Assembly (NCBI GenBank): GCA_036394655.1
Contig: DASWER010000281.1
Coordinates: forward strand, 1-54,602
Reading direction: 5' to 3'
Source: Burkholderiales bacterium
Lineage (GTDB): Bacteria; Pseudomonadota; Gammaproteobacteria; Burkholderiales; SG8-39
DNA length: 54,602 bases
The notes beneath the pieces are model-generated. The model was not told the DNA's origin and searched no databases. It saw nothing but the letters and a program-made list of their open reading frames with translations. This document shows, one piece after another, positions 23,587-30,984 of the stretch; position 1 is the stretch's first letter, and the number at the start of each line of letters is the position of its first letter. The position numbers and the translations under genes were made by a program.

Positions 23587-25311
23587 GTGCGCTGGGCCCT
23601 GATCCTGCTCATCTGCATCGCGGCACCGGCGCTCGCGCGCCTCGACTATCGCGTCGAGATCGAAGCGCCGCGCGATCTCAAGCGCGTGCTCGAGAAGGGC
23701 CTGAACCTCGAGCGCTGGCGCAGCGACCCGGAGATGGATGCCGAACGGCTCAAGCGCCTGGTCGACGAGGCGGTGCGCGAGTCGCGCGAGGCCGCCGCCA
23801 CCGAGGGCTACTTCTCCGCTCAGGTGAAGGCCGAGATCGATTCCTCCGGCGAGCAGTGGGTGGTGCGCCTGTCGATCGAGCCCGGCGAGCGCACGCGCGT
23901 GCACAGCGTCGACCTCCGCTTCACCGGCCCGGCGGCCGATGACCCCGAAGCGCATGCGCTCCTCAAGCGGGTGCGCGAGAACTGGCCGCTGCGCCCGGGC
24001 CTGCCCTTTCGCCAGGAGGACTGGGACGCTGCCAAGCGCCTGGCGGTGCGCGATCTCGCCGGCTGGCGTTATGCGGCGGCGCAGATCGCCGACAGCCAGG
24101 CCTCGATCGATCCGCAGGCGCAGCGCGCAGCGCTCAGCCTCGAGCTCGCGAGCGGGCCGCCGTTTCGCTTCGGCGAGCTGCATGTCACCGGCACCAAGCG
24201 CTACGACGACGAGCTGGTGGAGAACCTGGCGTCGATGCGCCCCGGCGACACCTACGACCGCGAGAAGGTGGTGCTCTACCAGCGCCGGCTGCTGGAATCG
24301 GGCTACTTCGCAAGCGTGCAAGCCGAGATCGACGTCCAGCCCGAGCTCGCCGACGCCGCGCCACTGCGCGTTTCGGTGATCGAAGCGCCGAAGCACCATT
24401 TCGAGTATGGCATCGGCTACAACACCGATGTCGGCCCGCGCCTGGAGGCGCGCTACACCAACCAGGACGTGCTCGACACCGCCTGGCGCTTCGGCTCGCA
24501 GCTCAACCTCGACAAGAAGATTCAAAATTTGCGGCTCGACCTCAACACGCCGCCGCGGCCGGGCGGCGTGTGGAACAACATCTTCACCCGCGCGCGGGGG
24601 CAGAACATCCAGAACGAGATCACGCGCGAGCTGGCGGTCGGTGTGTCGCAGAATTACGGCGCGAGCGCCGCGCCCTCGGCGCTGATCGTGTCGGCACACC
24701 TCGAGGACCAGCACATCGAGGGCGGGCCGTCCGACACCCGTCACGCGGTGTACTTCGGCGCCCGCAAATCGTTTCGGCGCACCGACGCGCTGGTGTCGCC
24801 GCGCGAGGGCTACGTGTTCAGCGTGGAGGTCGGTGGCGCACCGGCCGGTGTCTCCTCCCGCCAGTTCGCGCGCGGCATCGCGAGCGCTTCGCTTTTCATT
24901 CCCGTGGGCCGCAGCGGCGACCTTCTGCTGCGCGGCCAGGCCGGCGCGGTGCTTTCGCAGGCGCGCGAAGGCATCCCGAGCACGTTTCTGTTCCGCACCG
25001 GCGGCGACCAGACGGTGCGCGGCTACGCCTTCGAGAGCCTCGGCGTGCAGCAGGACGGCGCCATCGTCGGCGGCCGCCGCCTGGTCGTCGGCAGCACCGA
25101 GTACACCTTCTGGGTCGGGGAGAACTGGGGCATCGCGGCGTTCGTCGACCTCGGTAATGCCTGGGACAGCGGCGTGCGGCCCAGCCTCGCCGCCGGTTAT
25201 GGCCTCGGCATGCGCTTTCGCACGCCCATCGGGCCGATCCGCGCCGACCTCGCCTACGGCGAGCAGACCGGCGATATTCGCCTGCACTTCTCCGTGGGGT
25301 ACGGCTTCTGA
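23587..25311 (+). CDS. tamA: translocation and assembly module outer-membrane protein TamA (Omp85 family)
   Basis: Starts at a GTG with a signal peptide (RWALILLICIAAPALA). POTRA-like repeats precede a C-terminal Omp85 barrel ending ..RLHFSVGYGF. tamB follows directly. Confidence 0.85.
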   Translation: MRWALILLICIAAPALARLDYRVEIEAPRDLKRVLEKGLNLERWRSDPEMDAERLKRLVDEAVRESREAAATEGYFSAQVKAEIDSSGEQWVVRLSIEPGERTRVHSVDLRFTGPAADDPEAHALLKRVRENWPLRPGLPFRQEDWDAAKRLAVRDLAGWRYAAAQIADSQASIDPQAQRAALSLELASGPPFRFGELHVTGTKRYDDELVENLASMRPGDTYDREKVVLYQRRLLESGYFASVQAEIDVQPELADAAPLRVSVIEAPKHHFEYGIGYNTDVGPRLEARYTNQDVLDTAWRFGSQLNLDKKIQNLRLDLNTPPRPGGVWNNIFTRARGQNIQNEITRELAVGVSQNYGASAAPSALIVSAHLEDQHIEGGPSDTRHAVYFGARKSFRRTDALVSPREGYVFSVEVGGAPAGVSSRQFARGIASASLFIPVGRSGDLLLRGQAGAVLSQAREGIPSTFLFRTGGDQTVRGYAFESLGVQQDGAIVGGRRLVVGSTEYTFWVGENWGIAAFVDLGNAWDSGVRPSLAAGYGLGMRFRTPIGPIRADLAYGEQTGDIRLHFSVGYGF

Positions 25312-28300
25312 AGCGCCTTTTCATCGGGCTTGGCGCGCTCGTTGGATTCGCGCTCCTGGCGCTGGCGGGTGCCATCGTCTGGCTGTTCGCTACCGAGCCG
25401 GGCCTGCAGTGGGCGCTCGAGCAGGCCCGCAAGAGGAGCGGCGGCCAGCTCGAGATCGTCGGCGCGCGCGGCACGCTCGCCAGCCTGATCAGCATCGAGC
25501 GGCTCACCTACCAGGCCGACGGCACGCGCATCGAGGCGCGCGAGCTCGGCGCGCACGCGCATCTCGCCGCCGCGCTCGGCGGCCGCCTTGTGATCGATCC
25601 GCTGCGCACCGCCACGCTGGACATCGAGATCCGCGAAGGCGGCAGCCGCGCCGAGAGCCCGCCGCTGCTGCCCTTCGGCCTGCGCCTGGGCAACGTCGAA
25701 GTCGATCGCCTGCGCGTGCTGCGCGCGGAGCAGACCTACAGCTTGCGCCGGGTGCACTTCGACCATGCCTCGATCGGCGGCCCGCTGCCCGCAACCGTGT
25801 CGGCCGAGGGGCGCTTCGAGCTCGAGCACGAGCGCTTCCCCTTGAGCGCGACACTCACCCTCGGCGGCACGCTCGAGCGCCTGGAGACCCACCTCGGCCT
25901 GCGCCAAGGGGACATCACGGCCGACATCCGCGCCGTGCTGGCGCCATTCCGGCCGCAGCACCTCGTCACGCTCGAAGCGCGTGCCTCGCCGATCGATCTC
26001 GCGCGCTTCAGCGACGAGCTGCCGCACGCGGCGCTCGCGCTGGTGCTCAACGCGAAGGGCAACGAGCGCGGCCTCGAGGGCACGGCTGCGCTGACCAACA
26101 GCGCTCCCGGCCCGATCGACCAAGGCAAGCTGCCGGTGGCGAGCGTCACGGCACGCGCCACCAGCAAGGACCTGGAGAATGCGAGCCTGCAGGAGCTGCG
26201 CATCGTGCTCGCCGACGGCGGCATGCTCGAAGGCCTTGGCGAGCTCAGCCCCGAAGGTTTTACCGGCACGCTCAAAGCGAGCCGCCTCAACCTGCGCGCG
26301 CTGCGCTCGACGCTGCGCGAGACCCACCTCTCGGGCCCGCTCGAGGTCTCGCTGGCGCGCGGGGTGCAGACGGTGCGCGGCACGCTCTCCCAGGAAGGGA
26401 TGACGGTGAGCGCCGAGGCGGTGCGCCGCGGCGATACGGTCGAGGTGAAGAGCCTGCGTGCCGCGGCGCAAGGCGGCGAGCTGAGCGGCACCGGAACACT
26501 GCGCCTCACCGATCCGCTCGCCTTCAGCGCCAAACTGACGCTGGCGCGCTTCGATCCGGCGGCGTTCGGCGATTACCCCGACGGCTCGATCAGCGGCCTG
26601 GTCACCGCCGACGGCCATCTCGGCCGCGGGGAACATGAGGTGCCGCGAGTCGACCTGGGATGGTCGCTCAGCAACAGCACGCTGCTCGACGAGCCGCTCG
26701 AGACGCACGGCAGCGCGCGCGTCGCCGGCCGCCGCGTGCTGCAGGCCGATGCCGAGGCCAGGCTCGGCACCAGCCACGCCAGCGCGCACGGCGGCTTCGG
26801 CACCGCCGGCGACAAGCTGGCATGGACGCTGGACGTGCCGAGCCTCGAGGATTTCGTCGACAGCGTCGCCGGCCGCGTAAGAGCGAGCGGCACGCTCGGC
26901 GGCACCTGGGCCGAGCCCGCGGCGGTGATCGCCGCCGAGTTCCAGGAGCTCGAGCTGCCGCACGGCTACAAGATCGCCGGCGCCACCGCCAGCATCTCGG
27001 GGACGCTGGCGCGCCACGAAGGACGCCTCACCGTGCGCACCGAGGCCGCCGAGATGCAAGCGCGGCTTCGTGGTGGGCTGACTGCGCCACGCAGCTGGGC
27101 GGGCGAGATCGTGTCCCTGGAAGGCGCGGGCAAGGTGGGGTTCACGATGCGCGGCGCAACACCGCTGCGCGTCTCGGGCGAGCGCTTCGAGCTCGGCCGC
27201 CTCGAGGCGGCGGTGGGCGACGGGCAGCTCCTGGTGCGCGAATTCGCCTGGTCGAAGGAGCGCCTCGCCTCGAGCGGCGAGTTCGCCAGGCTGCCGGCGC
27301 AATGGCTGGTCGCCGCCGCCGGGCTGACGGACAAGCTGCGCTCCACCCTGCTGCTCGATGGCCAGTGGACCATCAGCGCCGCGCCCAATCTCGATGGCAG
27401 CCTGCGGCTGCGCCGCGCGGCGGGTGACCTGGTGCTGCTCGACGACCGGCCGATCGAGCTCGGGCTGGAGAGCATCGCACTCGACGCGCGCTTCACCAAC
27501 GCCGGCGTCGGCGCGAGCCTCGAGCTCGTCTCGCGCTTCGCCACCGGCGCGATCAGGGGGCAGCTCGGCCGCGACCCGGCGGCCGGCGCAATCGGCCTTG
27601 GCCCCAATTCGGCGCTGCTGCTTTCGGGACAGATCGAGCTCGCGCGCGCGCGGCTCCTCACGCAGCCGGTGCTGGGCGACGCGCGCTTCGACGGGCGACT
27701 GTCCGGCGAGCTCGAGGGCAGCGGCACGCTCGGGGCGCCGGTGATCAGCGGGACGCTGCGCGGCGATGGAATTTCCTTCGAATATCCGCTCTACGGTATT
27801 TATCTCAAAAACGGCGAGCTGCGCGCCAAGATCGACGGCGACACGCTGCGCCTCGAGCGGTTCACGATCCAGGCAGGCGACGGCACCTTTTCAGCGAACG
27901 GCACGCTGCCATTGCGACTCACCGGCGGAGCCGCGAAGCTTGCCTGGCAGGCGAAGAGTTTAAGCGTGCTCGATCGTCCCGATCTGCGCCTGGTGGTCTC
28001 GGGCGAAGGCGAGGCCGGCTTCGACGGCAAGCGGCTGCTGCTCTCCGGCGAGCTGCGCGCCGACCGCGGCAAGCTCGAGCTCGAGCGCGAGCGCGTGCCG
28101 AAGCTCGGCGAGGACGTGGTGGTCGCCGGCCAGACGCGCCCGAGCCTCAAGGACAAGAACGCGCTGCCGGTGCACCTCAACATCGATCTCGACCTCGGCT
28201 CGAACCTCGAGGTGCACGTGCAGGGGCTGGAAGGCAAGCTCACCGGCCGCGTCACCCTCAGCACCACAAAGGACGGCGAGCTGCGCGCCTATGGGAAGCT

Positions 28301-28877
28301 GACCACCGTCAACGCCACCTTCTTCGCCTACGGCCAGCGCCTGCAGGTCGATCCCGGGATCCTGATCTTCGACGGTCCGATCGACAACCCGGCGCTGCAG
28401 GTCACGGCGTGGCGGCGCAACCAGGCGGTCGAGGCCGGCGTGCAGGTGAGCGGCACGGTGCGCGCGCCGCGCGTGGAGATCGTGTCGCAGCCCGCGGTAT
28501 CTGAAGGCGAGCGCCTGTCGTGGCTGGTGCTGGGGCGCGCGCCGACCGATGCCACCAAGGCCGACCTCGGCATGCTGCAGGCCGCGGCGGGCGCGCTGCT
28601 CGCGCGCGGCGACAGCATGCCGCTCGACCGGCGCATCGCGCGCAGCTTCGGCCTGGACGAGGTCTCGTTCCGCGGCTCGGGCGAAGTGCAGGACCGCGTG
28701 CTCGCGCTCGGCAAGCGGCTTTCCGACAAGCTCTACGTCAGCTACGAGCAGGGCCTGGGCACGGTGGCATCGAACCTGGTGAAGCTCGACTACGCGCTAT
28801 CGCGCCGCTGGTCGCTGCGCGCCGAGACCGGCACCTCGAGCGGCTGGGGACTGTTCTACCGCTTCTCCTGGGACTGA
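25308..28877 (+). CDS. tamB: translocation and assembly module inner-membrane protein TamB (DUF490 C-terminus); non-canonical start
   Basis: The reading frame is open from 25158. The obvious N-terminal signal anchor (L)KRLFIGLGALVGFALLALAGAIVWLF begins at 25308. There is no in-frame ATG, GTG or TTG before the GTG at 25590, where the track starts. The C-terminus is DUF490-like (..VSYEQGLGTVASNLVKLDYALSRRWSLRAETGTSSGWGLFYRFSWD). Confidence 0.85.
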   Translation: MKRLFIGLGALVGFALLALAGAIVWLFATEPGLQWALEQARKRSGGQLEIVGARGTLASLISIERLTYQADGTRIEARELGAHAHLAAALGGRLVIDPLRTATLDIEIREGGSRAESPPLLPFGLRLGNVEVDRLRVLRAEQTYSLRRVHFDHASIGGPLPATVSAEGRFELEHERFPLSATLTLGGTLERLETHLGLRQGDITADIRAVLAPFRPQHLVTLEARASPIDLARFSDELPHAALALVLNAKGNERGLEGTAALTNSAPGPIDQGKLPVASVTARATSKDLENASLQELRIVLADGGMLEGLGELSPEGFTGTLKASRLNLRALRSTLRETHLSGPLEVSLARGVQTVRGTLSQEGMTVSAEAVRRGDTVEVKSLRAAAQGGELSGTGTLRLTDPLAFSAKLTLARFDPAAFGDYPDGSISGLVTADGHLGRGEHEVPRVDLGWSLSNSTLLDEPLETHGSARVAGRRVLQADAEARLGTSHASAHGGFGTAGDKLAWTLDVPSLEDFVDSVAGRVRASGTLGGTWAEPAAVIAAEFQELELPHGYKIAGATASISGTLARHEGRLTVRTEAAEMQARLRGGLTAPRSWAGEIVSLEGAGKVGFTMRGATPLRVSGERFELGRLEAAVGDGQLLVREFAWSKERLASSGEFARLPAQWLVAAAGLTDKLRSTLLLDGQWTISAAPNLDGSLRLRRAAGDLVLLDDRPIELGLESIALDARFTNAGVGASLELVSRFATGAIRGQLGRDPAAGAIGLGPNSALLLSGQIELARARLLTQPVLGDARFDGRLSGELEGSGTLGAPVISGTLRGDGISFEYPLYGIYLKNGELRAKIDGDTLRLERFTIQAGDGTFSANGTLPLRLTGGAAKLAWQAKSLSVLDRPDLRLVVSGEGEAGFDGKRLLLSGELRADRGKLELERERVPKLGEDVVVAGQTRPSLKDKNALPVHLNIDLDLGSNLEVHVQGLEGKLTGRVTLSTTKDGELRAYGKLTTVNATFFAYGQRLQVDPGILIFDGPIDNPALQVTAWRRNQAVEAGVQVSGTVRAPRVEIVSQPAVSEGERLSWLVLGRAPTDATKADLGMLQAAAGALLARGDSMPLDRRIARSFGLDEVSFRGSGEVQDRVLALGKRLSDKLYVSYEQGLGTVASNLVKLDYALSRRWSLRAETGTSSGWGLFYRFSWD

Positions 28878-29242
28878 AGCACGCCGGCGCGCAGCCACTC
28901 GAGCGCCGACGGCTCGTCGCGGAAGACGCGCACGTTGGCGCCCTGCTGGCGCGCGAGCACCTCGATGTACTCGTGCGCCGCGCGCAGCTCCTCGGTGTCG
29001 GCGAGCAGTGCCACGCGCACCTGCGGGTTGGCGGCGATCTGCTTGAAGTGCTCCGAGATGCGGTACTGCTCGACCTTGAAGATCGGGCGCGAGCGGCGCA
29101 CCCATACCAGTATGCGCGGGCAGCGATGCTTGACCACCTCCGCCGTCGCCAAGCGGATGAACTCCTGCGTCTCGGCCACGCTCTCGCGCCCGACGAGCTC
29201 GGCGCGCAAGCAATCCTGGAGCAGCGTGAATTTGTATTGCAT
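28856..29242 (-). CDS. hypothetical protein (128 aa), possible STAS/SpoIIAA-like fold
   Basis: A clean ORF whose composition differs from the GC artefacts (K/E/Q/F/Y-containing: MQYKFTLLQDCLRAELVGRE...). The fold suggestion is by eye only. Its 3' end overlaps the tamB 3' end by 22 nt (convergent). Confidence 0.55.
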   Translation of the reverse strand: MQYKFTLLQDCLRAELVGRESVAETQEFIRLATAEVVKHRCPRILVWVRRSRPIFKVEQYRISEHFKQIAANPQVRVALLADTEELRAAHEYIEVLARQQGANVRVFRDEPSALEWLRAGVLQSQEKR

Positions 29243-29333
29243 CGCGTGTGTTCTTGGCCGCGCATTCTGACATCGCGATGCGTGACACGGTGCGTGAAAC
29301 CCGCGTCGCCGTTTGCCCGAATCGTGACTTATG

Positions 29334-29537
29334 TCACGACGGCTGCTGACGAACTCTTCCTGAAGTACCGCGGCCGAAGCGGAAGCGCTTCTCGGCGAGT
29401 GCTAGGAGCGCCAGCATCTCGGCCTTCTGCGTCGCTTCCTCGCGGGTGGTGCCGTAGGCGACGAGCTGAGGAAACTCCGGCACCTGCGCGCTCCAGCGCC
29501 CGTCCTTCTCCTGCTGGTGCACGATGGAGAAGTGCAT
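29334..29537 (-). CDS. HicB-like (UPF0150 / DUF1902-like) small protein, 67 aa
   Basis: MHFSIVHQQEKDGRWSAQVPEFPQLVAYGTTREEATQKAEMLALLALAEK matches the HicB N-terminal-domain pattern. It has no DNA-binding C-terminal domain and no hicA nearby. It is nested at the end of the 340-aa track ORF and starts 5 nt after the hydrolase stop. Confidence 0.6.
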   Translation of the reverse strand: MHFSIVHQQEKDGRWSAQVPEFPQLVAYGTTREEATQKAEMLALLALAEKRFRFGRGTSGRVRQQPS

Positions 29538-29542
29538 CGGCG

Positions 29543-30727
29543 CTAGCGCGGCGCCGGCCCGCCCTGGCCGGCGACCGATTCCTTCCAGATCACCGTGTCG
29601 TCGACCGCGTAGAGCGTGCAGCCGGACTTGGCGACGTTGCTGCACTGCCTGACCGCCACCTCGCGTGCATCCTGCAGGCCGCCGGCGAAGCCGCAGCGGC
29701 CGTCGCTGCTCACGGCGTAGGCGCGCGGACCGGGCGATTCGAGGAAGGCGCGGTACAGGCCCTTGCACGAATCGCTCTTGATGTTCGGCACGCGATCGAG
29801 CGCGAGCAGCGGCTGGCGTTCCGGGTCGGCCGAGTCGAGGCGTGTGAACGCCACGCCGTGACGCGCGAGGAAGCTCTCGACGGTGGGCAGCCAGTAGCGC
29901 ACGCCGAGCGTGTCGCCGAAGAGATAGTGGCCGTCCTTGCCGAAGGCGGGCTGCAGCGCGTACTCGGCGCCTGCGCCGCTGGCGTTGAAGCGGTCGTACC
30001 AGCCGCGCGATACCTTCGGGCTGAAGAAGAGATCGTTCTCGGCGTAGTGGAACAGCACCGGCACGCGAACGCTCTTGCCGATGGTGTCGAAGATGCGCGC
30101 CACCGGCTCGATCGCGCAGGGCACGCCGGGATTCACTTCCGGATCGCCGCCGCGTCCCGCGGCGAACGCGAGCACCGCGGTCAGGCCTTGCGGCGCACGC
30201 GCGGCGGTGACCAGCGCCACCATGCCGCCCGCCGACTGGCCGGCGAGCATCATGCGGTTGCCGTCGACGTAGGGTAGCGCGCGCGCATAGTCGTACGCCG
30301 CCATCACGTCGTCGGCGGCGTTCTGCTCGGCGTTTCTGTAATCGGGGTTGCTGCACGAGCCCGGATCCTCGGCCATGTCGCCGCCGGTGGTGCCGAAGCC
30401 GCGACGCAGCGGCATCACCACGACATAGCCGCGCCGCGCAAACACCGCCGCCGCATTGATCAGGAGATCCGAGGATTCGCGCGCCCGCTCGCGCGCCGAG
30501 GCGGAGACGCCGTGATTGAGAATCACCGCGCCGAAAGGTCCCTGCGCCTCGGGTCTGAGGATGGTTGCCGCGATGGTCCGGCCGTTCTGCGCCGGGATGC
30601 GCACGCGCTCTTCGATGAGCCGCGGGCCGTACGAGTGGTCTTCCTGCGCCTGCACCGCCCCCGCGGTCAGGCTTGCGGCGAGCGCGCCGATCAGCGCTAT
30701 CGCCCGCATGATTCCCCTTCCTCGCAT
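29543..30727 (-). CDS. secreted alpha/beta hydrolase (dienelactone-hydrolase-like) with C-terminal Cys-rich DUF4189-like domain
   Basis: Has a signal peptide (MRAIALIGALAASLTAGAVQA), a nucleophile elbow (GQSAGG) and a C-terminal ~90 aa with 4 Cys (..YAVSSDGRCGFAGGLQDAREVAVRQCSNVAKSGCTLYAV). The alternative start at 30709 also has a good SD. Confidence 0.75.
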   Translation of the reverse strand: MRGRGIMRAIALIGALAASLTAGAVQAQEDHSYGPRLIEERVRIPAQNGRTIAATILRPEAQGPFGAVILNHGVSASARERARESSDLLINAAAVFARRGYVVVMPLRRGFGTTGGDMAEDPGSCSNPDYRNAEQNAADDVMAAYDYARALPYVDGNRMMLAGQSAGGMVALVTAARAPQGLTAVLAFAAGRGGDPEVNPGVPCAIEPVARIFDTIGKSVRVPVLFHYAENDLFFSPKVSRGWYDRFNASGAGAEYALQPAFGKDGHYLFGDTLGVRYWLPTVESFLARHGVAFTRLDSADPERQPLLALDRVPNIKSDSCKGLYRAFLESPGPRAYAVSSDGRCGFAGGLQDAREVAVRQCSNVAKSGCTLYAVDDTVIWKESVAGQGGPAPR

Positions 30728-30984
30728 CGCTTCGCCCTCCCTCGTTGAACTCGCTACAACCGCTACGAACTGTAGCGAGGATTACGACAAGGGGGAAGAC
30801 TGAAAATAGGGAAGGTTGTAGTTGCCCTCCATGTCGGGAGCCCCCGACGCGGCGCTCGCGTCTCTTTTATATCAAGCAGATACGCGCGCTCACGGCCCGG
30901 CTAAGCGCGGCGGGCACTACACCCGTTCATCGACACGACGTGCGGTGCAAAAAATATATGTCGGGACGACTCCACTGGTTGAAA

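Noticed and set aside
25254-27302. 682-aa minus-strand ORF
   Set aside because: It is antisense to tamB and has GC-artefact composition. The same reasoning applies to 18379..20193 (antisense to the tgpA-like gene), 47905..49950 and 49957..51408 (antisense to hrpA), 9150..11501, 11495..12739 and 28520..30277.
29243-30000. Search for a HicA toxin partner of the HicB-like ORF
   Set aside because: There is no ~50-70-aa ORF with a HicA-like (YcfA) pattern on either strand. The flanking ORFs in the track are antisense artefacts of the hydrolase gene.
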